DNA of 64,000 bases from an uncultured virus (IMG/VR IMGVR_UViG_3300013426_000032) (taxonomy: Duplodnaviria; Heunggongvirae; Uroviricota; Caudoviricetes): the IMG/VR virus record IMGVR_UViG_3300013426_000032; one strand, given 5' to 3'. Position numbers and translations under genes: made by a program. Under the pieces are notes generated by a model. It saw nothing but the letters and a program-made list of their open reading frames with translations. It had not been told where the DNA came from and made no database searches. Position 1 is the first letter of the stretch; each line of letters begins with the position of its first letter. Positions 39,371 through 49,371 of the stretch are shown here, one piece after another.

Positions 39371-39862
39371 ATGAATAGAGGATTTTATGCACGCTTCAAA
39401 CTAAAAAATAATTGGTTTCTTAAAGAGGGAATGGTGTTAACACCGAAAGGATCTTCAGTTCAATATGAAATAACAAAAATTGAAGGTAAGATAGTTTATA
39501 TTAAAAATAAGAGAACAACTATAATGGTTGATAAAGATTCTATAACAGAAAATTATGTTCTTGTAAAATTTTTAAATACTAGAAACTTTCAAGAGAAAAT
39601 GTTGTTATCACCTAATGATATAACACCTGAAAGAATAGAAAATACTGAAAATAGATATGGTTATTATAAATGTAAATATATTATATCTGAAGATAATAAA
39701 ATATTTAAAGTTGTTGCTAGAGGTAGAAACGGTTCATTTGAATATAGTAATGATTTTTATCTATATGATGGTGAAGATACAATAAAGAAAAACTTTAATG
39801 AATTATCAGGTTATAGAATAGTGGAGGATAAGTATATTCATTTGATAGGAGTGAAAAAATAA
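39371..39862 (+). CDS. Hypothetical protein
   Basis: 163 aa in operon. Confidence 0.7.
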   Translation: MNRGFYARFKLKNNWFLKEGMVLTPKGSSVQYEITKIEGKIVYIKNKRTTIMVDKDSITENYVLVKFLNTRNFQEKMLLSPNDITPERIENTENRYGYYKCKYIISEDNKIFKVVARGRNGSFEYSNDFYLYDGEDTIKKNFNELSGYRIVEDKYIHLIGVKK

Positions 39863-40063
39863 ATGATAATGCCAGAAGAATTAGAAAAAGTTGTAGAAGA
39901 TATAACTGATCGTATTGCTGATTTTGAAACTATATCTGAGTATTTGCAATTTGATGAAAAAGAAAGAGCTCGAATTGATCGAGCTCTTTCTGTGCTTTTA
40001 TATAAATTAGATAATTTAACCGTTCGAGATATAAATTTTGAACGTCTTAAAGAAATAAAATAG
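39863..40063 (+). CDS. Hypothetical protein
   Basis: 66 aa, RBS aggagtg. Confidence 0.65.
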   Translation: MIMPEELEKVVEDITDRIADFETISEYLQFDEKERARIDRALSVLLYKLDNLTVRDINFERLKEIK

Positions 40064-40069
40064 GGTGAT

Positions 40070-40555
40070 ATGATGGAATATATGATAATATATGGTTCAT
40101 CTAATTATAGAACTGAACCATTTATACTAGCTGTTACAAATGAACAACATCTTATTAATCAATTCAAACAAGATTTTTACTATATATGTCATGATTATAA
40201 AATTAAAAATGATAATAATTTTGATATGTATAGAGATTATCATGTGACAGAATTGTATGGTAGATGTTTAACACAAAAGATGTTAACATCTTTTTATGAT
40301 CAGTATATGGACATATATGGAATAATGTCTAATATGATAGATTTGGATTTAGATATCTTTAGATGGGGTGATAATGATAGTGAAGATATCATATCAGGAT
40401 TAGGAATCATTGATGAAAAAATAGGTTCTTATGGACCAGTCGATATAGAAGATATGATATATGAAGCTAGAGTGTTATTAGATTTAGATATTGTAAATAT
40501 AGAAAAATTATTAGATGATTTCATAAATAATTTTGAAATATCCGAGGATTATTAA
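40070..40555 (+). CDS. Hypothetical protein
   Basis: 161 aa, RBS gggtga. Confidence 0.7.
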   Translation: MMEYMIIYGSSNYRTEPFILAVTNEQHLINQFKQDFYYICHDYKIKNDNNFDMYRDYHVTELYGRCLTQKMLTSFYDQYMDIYGIMSNMIDLDLDIFRWGDNDSEDIISGLGIIDEKIGSYGPVDIEDMIYEARVLLDLDIVNIEKLLDDFINNFEISEDY

Positions 40556-40586
40556 ACTGAGGTTTTCTACCTCAGTTATTTTTTTT
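40555..40586 (+). terminator. Intrinsic terminator
   Basis: aactgaggt-tttct-acctcagtt plus T-run. Confidence 0.75.
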
Positions 40587-40593
40587 CTTCAAA

Positions 40594-40605
40594 AACAATG
40601 TAATA
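40594..40605 (+). promoter_or_regulatory. Putative late promoter
   Basis: AACA-ATGTAA-TA before RBS. Confidence 0.6.
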
Positions 40606-40621
40606 AGGGAAGGTGATATAA

Positions 40622-41296
40622 ATGGAGTTAAAACCAAATAATAAAACAAGTTATAATAACGATAAAGTAATTAATATTGCTAAATATAAAGAAGTTCCTA
40701 CAGTATCAAAAGAAATAATAATAAATACAGAAAAGGATCGTACAAAATTAATATTTCATATAGAATCAATAATTCGTCAATCATTGGAATACAAAGAGTA
40801 TATTAGTTTTCTTAAAGATTTTATGAATAAAGATAGTTTTTTTAATAATGTAGAACAATTAGCTTATAATAAAGTAAAAATAGAATTACATCATTCACCA
40901 CTAACATTATTTGATATCGTTTCTGTAGTAATGCAAAAACACCAAGATGAATATGATAGAGTTGATATCTTTGATATAGCAGATGAAGTTATGCAATTAC
41001 ATTACCAATGTAGGGTAGGATTATTACCTCTATCTATATCAACACATAAGTTGGTACATTTAGGAGAAATTTTTATTCCAGTTCAAATGGTTAGAGGTGA
41101 TTGGGCTAGTTTTTATAGAGAATATGCTCCGTTTTTTAATCAAGATATTGTTATTAAATTACAAAATACTGTGAGATTTTCTAAAGAAATACAAGATGTT
41201 AGTTTATTAGAAACTAAATATACTTATATAGAAGTAGATGGATTTAAACAGATACAATTGTTACATCCTGATGAATTATTTAAAAAACAAGAATAA
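40622..41296 (+). CDS. Conserved jumbo-phage His-rich (HNH-like) protein; paralog of 51997..52701
   Basis: R.S..YK.YI, IE.HH.P.TLFD, H....V....L..T.H..VH shared with the paralog. Confidence 0.6.
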   Translation: MELKPNNKTSYNNDKVINIAKYKEVPTVSKEIIINTEKDRTKLIFHIESIIRQSLEYKEYISFLKDFMNKDSFFNNVEQLAYNKVKIELHHSPLTLFDIVSVVMQKHQDEYDRVDIFDIADEVMQLHYQCRVGLLPLSISTHKLVHLGEIFIPVQMVRGDWASFYREYAPFFNQDIVIKLQNTVRFSKEIQDVSLLETKYTYIEVDGFKQIQLLHPDELFKKQE

Positions 41297-41333
41297 AAAA
41301 TAATATGTTATATAACATATTATTAATACGATG

Positions 41334-41487
41334 AAAAAATAGATGACATACTATATTCATAGTATGTCATCTATACGCCCGATAAAATCAAATAAACATT
41401 ATTAACTTATTGGAGGTAAATGTTTCAAAATAATAAAAAACAATAAAAACATAGAGTATGCTTAAGTAAAATTCGTAAATCTTACTT
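41334..41487 (-). ncRNA. Candidate late small RNA (~150 nt) with anti-RBS sequence AAACAUUUACCUCC
   Basis: Minus-strand AACA-ATAAAG-TA at 41487-41498. 5' hairpin UAAGUAAGAUU-UACG-AAUUUUACUUA needs a G-U pair available only on the minus strand. 16-bp terminator at 41339-41374 with U-tract on the minus strand. Confidence 0.6.
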
Positions 41488-41514
41488 ACTTTATTGTTTA
41501 TCAAAAAGCTAATC

Positions 41515-41545
41515 GTAAAACAAAACAAAAATAATTACATATTAT
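41515..41545 (+). promoter_or_regulatory. Putative early promoter
   Basis: GTAAAA-caaaacaaaaat-AATTACATATTAT. Confidence 0.7.
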
Positions 41546-41567
41546 ATATGTAGAAGGAGGTAATATT

Positions 41568-41888
41568 ATGACAAATAATAAGAGAACAGAGGTAGGTAAA
41601 TTTATGGCAAAAATGCGTATACAACACAATCAAAGTAGTTCTGATATGTGTGAATTTCTAGGAGTAACTAGAGCAACTTTATCGGGAATAGAATATGGAC
41701 ATAGAGATATGTCTAAATCATTAAAACGAAAATTAATAAAAAAATATAATTTATGTGAAAACGATAAAGATATGTTAGAAAGAGCTATCTTTTATTCTAA
41801 TCAAAAAGTAAAGATAGATATGACTAAATTTACTAAACATGAAAAAGACACTTTATATAAATTAATAAGGGGGAGATTGTATGAATAA
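41568..41888 (+). CDS. XRE-family helix-turn-helix protein
   Basis: GKFMAKMRIQHNQSSSDMCEFLGVTRATLSGIEYGHR. Confidence 0.85.
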   Translation: MTNNKRTEVGKFMAKMRIQHNQSSSDMCEFLGVTRATLSGIEYGHRDMSKSLKRKLIKKYNLCENDKDMLERAIFYSNQKVKIDMTKFTKHEKDTLYKLIRGRLYE

Positions 41889-42450
41889 ATATATATTATG
41901 TACAGATGGTTCTGCTAAAATAAGAACCGAGGGTGTATATGATTCAGCATATGCATTTTGTTTATATGATAATAATATGAAAATTATAAAAACAGATAGT
42001 GGTTTGCTTAAAGGAAAAACTAATAATTATGCTGAAATGTATGCTATATTTCGAGGTACAAAATATATATTAGAACATTGTAATTTAGAAGAAATTGATA
42101 ATATAATTATAGTTAGTGATTCTAATTTATGTTTACAATCATTATCAACGTGGTTCCCTAGTTGGATGAAAGCTAGTAATGATGAAGTATTGATAAATTC
42201 AACAGGAAAACCTGTTATTAATCAAGAATTAATTAAATCGACATTTATAAATACTCTTATATTAAATACTAAAACTAAAATAATTTATAATCATATAAAT
42301 TCACATCAATCAAAAGCAAAATTGTTATCTAATTATAATAAATATTGCTATGTGAATGGAGAAGAAATATTAAGTTTTTCTGAATATGAAAAAGTATATG
42401 AAGCTAATGATTTATGTGACACATTAGCTAAAAAAGAATTAGGTATATAG
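41881..42450 (+). CDS. rnhA: Ribonuclease HI
   Basis: TDGS, TNNYAEM, SDS, NQEL, HINSH, N..CD.LAK (D-E-D-D). Confidence 0.9.
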   Translation: MNKYILCTDGSAKIRTEGVYDSAYAFCLYDNNMKIIKTDSGLLKGKTNNYAEMYAIFRGTKYILEHCNLEEIDNIIIVSDSNLCLQSLSTWFPSWMKASNDEVLINSTGKPVINQELIKSTFINTLILNTKTKIIYNHINSHQSKAKLLSNYNKYCYVNGEEILSFSEYEKVYEANDLCDTLAKKELGI

Positions 42451-42458
42451 GAGGTAAA

Positions 42459-42710
42459 ATGTGTATGAAAAAATTTAAATCTAAAGTTAAGCTTTATGTT
42501 AATATATCTGATGCTGAAGTTGTTGCTTTTGAAAATACATTCAGTATATTATCAGAAGATATAGAATCTGCTACAACAGCTATATTTGGTATGGTTAAAA
42601 ATCCTTTAAATGTATTTGATGATATAGAAATAGAGGATTATGTAATAGATAATTTTCAAAAAAATAGTAAATTATTATGTGAAGTTAAGGAGGTAAAAAA
42701 ACGTGTGTAA
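42459..42710 (+). CDS. Hypothetical protein
   Basis: 83 aa, RBS aggaggt. Confidence 0.65.
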   Translation: MCMKKFKSKVKLYVNISDAEVVAFENTFSILSEDIESATTAIFGMVKNPLNVFDDIEIEDYVIDNFQKNSKLLCEVKEVKKRV

Positions 42711-42984
42711 ACAAACAATAAGACTAATTGAAAGAATTAGAACCATTATTAAAAATAATGGTTATGGTATAAAAGAAATAAAAGGTGAAAATGGTGTGAT
42801 TGATTTTGTATTATTAGCTAATAAAGAAAAAAACAATGACTCGCTTTTTGGAAATATAATAATGGATGTTTCCGCAACTAATACAATAAGTACTATGAGT
42901 TTGAATAAAAATAAATTAACCGTAGTAATGAATGTAAATTCAGAATCGATTATATTAAATATCGTTTTTATTGAGGAGGTTTAA
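42703..42984 (+). CDS. Hypothetical protein
   Basis: 93 aa, RBS aaggaggt, GTG start. Confidence 0.65.
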   Translation: MCKQTIRLIERIRTIIKNNGYGIKEIKGENGVIDFVLLANKEKNNDSLFGNIIMDVSATNTISTMSLNKNKLTVVMNVNSESIILNIVFIEEV

Positions 42985-42986
42985 TT

Positions 42987-44264
42987 ATGAGAATAGGCAT
43001 AAATGAATATTATATGAATATAGCAGTACAGATATCACTTCGTAGCACTTGCATAAGAAGAAAAGTAGGTGCTATTATAGTTAAAGATAATGAAATACTC
43101 GGTTCAGGATATAATGGTAGTCCGAAAGGATTACCGAACTGTTGTGATGACCCAACTAGATGTTATAGAACACAACATAATATTCCTTCAGGTCAAAAAT
43201 TAGAACTTTGTTATGCACAGCATGCGGAAATAAATGCTATTTTTAACGCATTGAGTTCTAATAGAAATTTAAAAGATGCTGATATATATGTTACTACGTT
43301 CCCTTGTAGTAATTGTGCTAAGGCTTTAATACAATCGGGAATTAAATATGTATATTATTTGGATAATTATACTAATGAATTCACATTAACTATGTTAGAA
43401 GATGCGGGTATAACTGTATATGAAATGAATGCTTCAATTTATCAAACACCATTAACAGAAGGAGCTAATATTAGAACAGATAATGAATTGGATTATATAG
43501 ATCCTTTAGTTGCTGAAATATATAAATATGATGTAGGCACACCAGAGTTTAAAAAGAATAGAGAAAGGATATTAAAACAATATCCTGATTTAATAGAAAA
43601 TGAAACTGTTGTTTATATAAACAACATAAATGAATTATATAAAGATGATTTTATAAATAAAAATTATATTAAATTAACTCAGGATAACAAAATGATTCTA
43701 CCGACAATAGACGGTTTACCTAATATAGTTGACATGGACGAAGTATTATCATATAGATGGATTTTTAGAAAACAAGTAGAATATGGTGGAATGATGGAAA
43801 TTAATAATAGAACAAAACGTCATTGTGTTGTTGCTGGATTAATAATGGATGAATCAGAAAAACATGTTTATCTTTTAAAATGTATAAAAGGAAGATTAAA
43901 AGGTAGATACACGTTAGTTCAAGGACATATGTCTAATAGAGGAATGGAATGGGATAATGCTCCTTTAAGACATATTGCCAATTTAAATATGATGAAAGAA
44001 CTTCAGGAAGAAGTTAATTTTAGTAATCCTGAAACAACAACACCAATAATTTATAATCCGAAAGCATTGATAATGCTTTCTGACAACAGAATAAGTGAAG
44101 ACCATATTGGTTTTCTATATACAATAAAAGTTCCTGATGGGGCAAAATTAATAAGTAATGAAAAGGATAAACATGAAGTAGTAAGATTTGAAAAAGATTC
44201 TCTATTAAATGAGCCTAATTTAGATACTTGGGTGAAAACATTTATTCTTAATTTAGGTAAATAG
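42987..44264 (+). CDS. dCMP deaminase fused to C-terminal Nudix-like domain
   Basis: STCIRRKVGA, GYNG, HAEINA, PCSNC (deoxycytidylate deaminase); C-terminal GHM...NMMKELQEEV...HIG. Confidence 0.85.
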   Translation: MRIGINEYYMNIAVQISLRSTCIRRKVGAIIVKDNEILGSGYNGSPKGLPNCCDDPTRCYRTQHNIPSGQKLELCYAQHAEINAIFNALSSNRNLKDADIYVTTFPCSNCAKALIQSGIKYVYYLDNYTNEFTLTMLEDAGITVYEMNASIYQTPLTEGANIRTDNELDYIDPLVAEIYKYDVGTPEFKKNRERILKQYPDLIENETVVYINNINELYKDDFINKNYIKLTQDNKMILPTIDGLPNIVDMDEVLSYRWIFRKQVEYGGMMEINNRTKRHCVVAGLIMDESEKHVYLLKCIKGRLKGRYTLVQGHMSNRGMEWDNAPLRHIANLNMMKELQEEVNFSNPETTTPIIYNPKALIMLSDNRISEDHIGFLYTIKVPDGAKLISNEKDKHEVVRFEKDSLLNEPNLDTWVKTFILNLGK

Positions 44265-44328
44265 AGTACTAGAGTAAAATATATAAGCATAGATAATATC
44301 TATGCTTATATTTATCTTACATATACAT

Positions 44329-44359
44329 GTAATCCTTAGGATTTTTAATTATATATTAT
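44329..44359 (+). promoter_or_regulatory. Putative early promoter
   Basis: GTAATC-cttaggattttt-AATTATATATTAT; hairpin at ~44283-44311 upstream. Confidence 0.7.
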
Positions 44360-44402
44360 ATAATTAGATTACAATGTTAAATAATTTTAAGGAGGTAATA
44401 TT

Positions 44403-46529
44403 ATGATAGAAAATAAAGAAACCAAAGGTTATGTTATTAAAAGAATAAACGAACCTTTATCTAGAGAAGAATTAAACAGAATAGCTAATTCTATACAATC
44501 AGAAGAAGATTGTATTAATTATCATTTATCACAATTAGATTCTTTAGATAAAAACGATAAAGTTGTCGTGATTCTTGATAGAGAAGAAAATGAACGTTGT
44601 TATAAAGAGTTGAAAAAAGATGAAGCCAAAGAATATTTTGAAGATTTATTGGATTCAGGTAGAGTTAATTCTAAACCTAAAGAAGTTACAAGAATAGGAT
44701 ATTCTGAAGCATCAAAGAAAGCATATGATGAAATGGTGCAACAAGAACGTGAAGAAACTAAATACGTTAATAAATTTACTCAACCAACATTTGATGATGT
44801 TTGGGACAATATATATGTCAACACATATAATGGGGATATATATAATGAAACACCAGATCAATTACCAGATGAATTAAGAGAAGGAGTAGGAGTAATTATT
44901 CCAGGTATTATAGATAAAGAAGAAGATTATTTCGATTTTGTAAAAAGATTGAAAGATAAAGGTCAAGATGGACTTGGAAGAACTATTTATGACAAATATG
45001 AAGATTATATTGAAGCAACAGAAATAATCGGAACTTATATCGAAGCAGTTTATAATAAATATGGAGGAAAAGAACAATTTTATCAAGCTAAAGATATGGG
45101 AGGATTATTTGGTGGTTATGAGTATATACCAACAGTAAAACCGAGATATAAGAAAACTAAAAGAAATATGAGAATGGCAGCAGGTGAAATTTCAGATGAT
45201 AGATTTGATGTAATTATTCCTAATTTAGGTGAACTTATATGGGAAGAAAATTATGGTAGTGGCAGACAACAAAAAGAAGAAGAGGAAGAAACTGAATATG
45301 ATAATTTAGGTGAACTTATATGGGAAGAAAGAATGGCAATGGAAAGACAAGAAATGATAGAAGAATACGGTGAAGAATATGTAGAAGAATACTATGATAA
45401 TTCATATGATGAAGAAGAATATGACGATGATGATTATTGGTATATTGATAATTATAATTATGAAGAATATGACATAATATATGACGATGATGACGACGAT
45501 GAATATTATGACGATGATGAGATAATAATTTTGGATGAAGTTCCTGAAGAATTTTATTCTAGTGATTTATACAGACAGATAGCTAATTTTAGATCAAATG
45601 AAGAAATAATTAAAAAATTATCAGTATCAGATAACATTGAAGATGTTAAAACGGAAAATGGAATGCTTGCTGAAATGGAAGCTCAAGAATTTTATGAATC
45701 TGAAATATATGATTCAGAATTTGTAGATATATTAGGAAGAAATGCAGAAATAATGCCTATCGATGCAGTATTAAATCAATATGCCTATGACAAGAAATTA
45801 TATGAAGAAGGTGTTGAAGCTGCTGATGAAATGGCAGCATCTAATCCAGAAGTTCAAAAAGCATATAAAGAAATGATGAAAGATAGAGCAAGAGAAATAA
45901 ATGATTGGGATTCAGAATATAATATAGTTGAAATAGAAGAATATGCTGATTATGAAACAAAATATATGTATGATCCAATATTTAAACAAATCGAAGACGA
46001 AAGAAAGAAAATAGGTCGTACTGGTAATAATATATTAAGAAGAAAAGATCCGACAATGATTTTTGGAGAACAAAGAAGAACAATAAATTCAAATGATACA
46101 GAAATTCAAGCTTATATAAGATCATTATCAGGTACTGTTAGAGCTGCATTACGTTTCTTGAAATCAAATGCTGAAACTGATGATTATACTAATTCTGGTT
46201 ATTCAGCTTTCGATGTAGGATATGAAGCTTCGACAAAAGGTGAACAAGGATATGTTGATATTGATAAGAAAATCGATGCATTTGAATTACCATTATATCC
46301 TGAAGGCATTTTAAAATATGCTGAAAATAATATGGATTTAGCTAAGCGATTATATGGTTTCAATATCGATGTAGAAAATTTAGAAGATGCCGAAATAATG
46401 TTTAGTGATAGATGTAGTATTGAAGAGTTCACTAGATTAGCAACAAAAGAATGTAAACCAATGATTACAGAAGAGCTAATCGATGAAATAAGAAGTAGAA
46501 AGAAAAGAAAAATAGAATTATTGAAATAG
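44403..46529 (+). CDS. Highly acidic hypothetical protein with Asp/Glu/Tyr-rich central tract
   Basis: 708 aa; internal duplication NLGELIWEE x2. Confidence 0.7.
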   Translation: MIENKETKGYVIKRINEPLSREELNRIANSIQSEEDCINYHLSQLDSLDKNDKVVVILDREENERCYKELKKDEAKEYFEDLLDSGRVNSKPKEVTRIGYSEASKKAYDEMVQQEREETKYVNKFTQPTFDDVWDNIYVNTYNGDIYNETPDQLPDELREGVGVIIPGIIDKEEDYFDFVKRLKDKGQDGLGRTIYDKYEDYIEATEIIGTYIEAVYNKYGGKEQFYQAKDMGGLFGGYEYIPTVKPRYKKTKRNMRMAAGEISDDRFDVIIPNLGELIWEENYGSGRQQKEEEEETEYDNLGELIWEERMAMERQEMIEEYGEEYVEEYYDNSYDEEEYDDDDYWYIDNYNYEEYDIIYDDDDDDEYYDDDEIIILDEVPEEFYSSDLYRQIANFRSNEEIIKKLSVSDNIEDVKTENGMLAEMEAQEFYESEIYDSEFVDILGRNAEIMPIDAVLNQYAYDKKLYEEGVEAADEMAASNPEVQKAYKEMMKDRAREINDWDSEYNIVEIEEYADYETKYMYDPIFKQIEDERKKIGRTGNNILRRKDPTMIFGEQRRTINSNDTEIQAYIRSLSGTVRAALRFLKSNAETDDYTNSGYSAFDVGYEASTKGEQGYVDIDKKIDAFELPLYPEGILKYAENNMDLAKRLYGFNIDVENLEDAEIMFSDRCSIEEFTRLATKECKPMITEELIDEIRSRKKRKIELLK
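45221..45330 (+). repeat. 29-bp direct repeat, period 81 bp
   Basis: taatttaggtgaacttatatgggaagaaa at 45221-45249 and 45302-45330. Confidence 0.9.
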
Positions 46530-46536
46530 GAGGTAA

Positions 46537-49359
46537 ATGTTTATGAAAGAGGTAACTAAAACTTATAAAGAAGGAACTGTTGAAGTCCAATCTTTGATAA
46601 AAAAGAATTTCTCTAAAGAGTTTATGAAAAAAATATATGATATTTATTCCAATAAAGAAATGTCAATAGTGGAAAAAACTATTGCATATGACAGAATATT
46701 TACTAAAGAATTTGGAGAAAGGAGGGATTATCGACGTATTGGAGAAGGTACTAATAGATTCGTATGTTTGCTAGATAATCATATTATAAAAGTTGCATAT
46801 AATTATTTAGCATATATAGATAATGTCAATGAATTGGCGATGTCTAAAAAGTTACCTAAACATGGACCTCTAGCGTTGGCATATGAAACTAATGGGTTAA
46901 TATTAGTATCTGAGTATGTTGCAGTTATTGATAAAGAAGATTTCTTGGAATCACAATATCAAGTACAAAAAATATTAGAAACATTATCACATGATATAGT
47001 AAGTCTTGTTAATAAAAATAAAAACTCATATTATATTTTAGGTGATATGGGAATGTCATCTAAAAATTATGGTAACTGGGGTAGACGTCCTTCAGGAGAA
47101 TTGGTTATTCTAGATTATGGATATTTATATAAAACTTCTTTTCAAGAATGGAAGAAAATAAGTAAATGTCCATATTGTGACAATACGTTGGAATATAAAG
47201 AAGATTTCACTGAGTTAACATGTTCCTCATGTGGTAAGAATGTAAAATATACTACAATAAGGAACAATCTAGGATATAAAAAAATAATCGATACTATAGA
47301 AGATATAGTAAACGATGACCAATTCGGTAAATATGATAAAAAAGGTAAAATAAATGTTGATGTTTATAGAACAGAAACTTATCAAATAGAAGAGGAAAAA
47401 CCAGAAATACCAGAAAATATAAAAATTCTTATAAATAATACAGTAGATAAATTCTATGATATTATAAATAAAATAAAAAATGATGAATTAAGAATAGATG
47501 ATGTTATTGAAGAAATAAAAAATAACAAAGATATATATTATCCTGAATTATATCCTATGTTATTATTAGCACCTAAATTAAAACGTAAAAATATTGAAGC
47601 ATATACAAATGATTTACAATCAAAGGTTCTTGATATTGAAACATTGCTTTTACAACAAATAGAACAAAATAATTACAAAAAATTATCTGGTGAAGATTAT
47701 GATAAATATAATGAATTAATGGCAGAAGATAACGAAATAGGATATGATAAAAATACAAATACAAGCAATGTCGAATTTATAGATCGATTATCAGAATCAC
47801 AAGATAATATTAAAGTAGTTTCAACATTAGATGATGTTTTAAATATGGAATTTGGAGATATATTTATGGCTGATGAAAATGAAGAAGTACTTGATAACTT
47901 AGATGATGATTATGATCTAGATGAATTAATGATGTTAGTGGGAAATAATAAAGAAGAAGAAAAACCAAAGAATAAAGAAGAAAATTCTATTGAAGATGGT
48001 TTAAAAGAACATTTCGAAAATATAAAATTAGGAATAACAGAGTTAATAGATAATATAATGGATACAGATGATTTTGTTGAAGGAGATTTGTATGCTCCCC
48101 TATTAAATGGTGATTTAATAGATTATGATTATTCTCCAGAAGTAAATGCTCAAAATATATTAGGAGGATGGGAACCAGATAAATTCTGTTTTCCATTATA
48201 TAGACATCTTATAATAACTCATGCTTATGATACAGAAGAAGCCAAAAGTGATTTTGAATCAAGATATAGAATAGATGACAAAGTTATATTCCCACAAGAT
48301 ATGTATGATAATGATGAAAATATAGATATTGTATTAGAACAAATATTAACAAGATTTGAAGAACAAGTTAGACCTAGTCGATTTGCATTAAGTGTTAAAA
48401 TAAAGAATGAACTTATCAAGTATTACAAATTAATAGATAGATATTATGAAGAAAACATAGAAAAAGAAACAGGTGTAACTATAAATGATCCTAGATATTA
48501 TTATAATTTAGTATTAAATAATACGGATATAGTTAGAGATATGAGAGATGCAAAAGATAGATTAGAAAGAGAAGTTGAAATGTTCTCAGGATTATCATTA
48601 ACTGAAGCTCTAGGAGATAATAAGATAGTATATGGATATGATTATTATCCGTTAATGAATGATGTTCAACAAATAATAGATAGATGTTTTTATAATATAG
48701 ATGTATTAAATAGACATAGTGATGTTGATGCTATAATAGATGATATGAAAAGTGAATATTATTTGTTAACAGGTTCACTTGTTTCAGATAGTATGTTAGA
48801 TATATTTAAATATGGTCCATCTTATGTAGAGGATTCCAAACGTAAGATACGTCCAGAATTAAGATGTTCAATTGAAGATAAAGATTCAAATATGGACATA
48901 TATAAACCTATAGTGTTTAATAGAGAAAATTATGTTTTATTAAAAGTAGAACATAGGTTTGAAAAAATATTCAGAAAGGGGGATACAGTATTTATGGATA
49001 TCAGACATAAATTAAATACTATGGGATTAAAATATACTCTAACAGATATATCAGGATATGTATTCAAAAGAAATAGAGATAATTTTAGATATTTATTAAC
49101 AGAAAAAGAATATGAGTTGGTAAATGAATATGAAAATATGTATGGAATGACTCATATGAATGATGTTGATAAATTATATGCCAACACAATAGTTGATATG
49201 CTAAACGAACAATTTAATATGTGTGAAGACACATATAATTTATTTAGAGATATAGCAAACTTTGGATTAAACAAAGCTTTAGCTAGAAGACAATTAGTGA
49301 TAAATATTTTAGATATAAAAGGTATATCTAGATTAGATTATTTAAATAATATAAAATAG
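46537..49359 (+). CDS. Protein kinase-like domain + zinc ribbon + long acidic C-terminus
   Basis: IGEGTNR (Gly loop), IIKVA, NEL, GDMGMSSKNYGNWG, VILDYG, CPYC...CSSC; RBS spacing favours ATG 46543. Confidence 0.8.
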   Translation: MFMKEVTKTYKEGTVEVQSLIKKNFSKEFMKKIYDIYSNKEMSIVEKTIAYDRIFTKEFGERRDYRRIGEGTNRFVCLLDNHIIKVAYNYLAYIDNVNELAMSKKLPKHGPLALAYETNGLILVSEYVAVIDKEDFLESQYQVQKILETLSHDIVSLVNKNKNSYYILGDMGMSSKNYGNWGRRPSGELVILDYGYLYKTSFQEWKKISKCPYCDNTLEYKEDFTELTCSSCGKNVKYTTIRNNLGYKKIIDTIEDIVNDDQFGKYDKKGKINVDVYRTETYQIEEEKPEIPENIKILINNTVDKFYDIINKIKNDELRIDDVIEEIKNNKDIYYPELYPMLLLAPKLKRKNIEAYTNDLQSKVLDIETLLLQQIEQNNYKKLSGEDYDKYNELMAEDNEIGYDKNTNTSNVEFIDRLSESQDNIKVVSTLDDVLNMEFGDIFMADENEEVLDNLDDDYDLDELMMLVGNNKEEEKPKNKEENSIEDGLKEHFENIKLGITELIDNIMDTDDFVEGDLYAPLLNGDLIDYDYSPEVNAQNILGGWEPDKFCFPLYRHLIITHAYDTEEAKSDFESRYRIDDKVIFPQDMYDNDENIDIVLEQILTRFEEQVRPSRFALSVKIKNELIKYYKLIDRYYEENIEKETGVTINDPRYYYNLVLNNTDIVRDMRDAKDRLEREVEMFSGLSLTEALGDNKIVYGYDYYPLMNDVQQIIDRCFYNIDVLNRHSDVDAIIDDMKSEYYLLTGSLVSDSMLDIFKYGPSYVEDSKRKIRPELRCSIEDKDSNMDIYKPIVFNRENYVLLKVEHRFEKIFRKGDTVFMDIRHKLNTMGLKYTLTDISGYVFKRNRDNFRYLLTEKEYELVNEYENMYGMTHMNDVDKLYANTIVDMLNEQFNMCEDTYNLFRDIANFGLNKALARRQLVINILDIKGISRLDYLNNIK

Positions 49360-49371
49360 GAGGGTGATTTT

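Noticed and set aside
41420..41446. Plus-strand mini-ORF MFQNNKKQ as a real gene
   Set aside because: Only 8 codons, SD-ATG spacing of 2 nt, and the flanking promoter, hairpin and terminator polarity all favour the minus strand. Kept only as an alternative.
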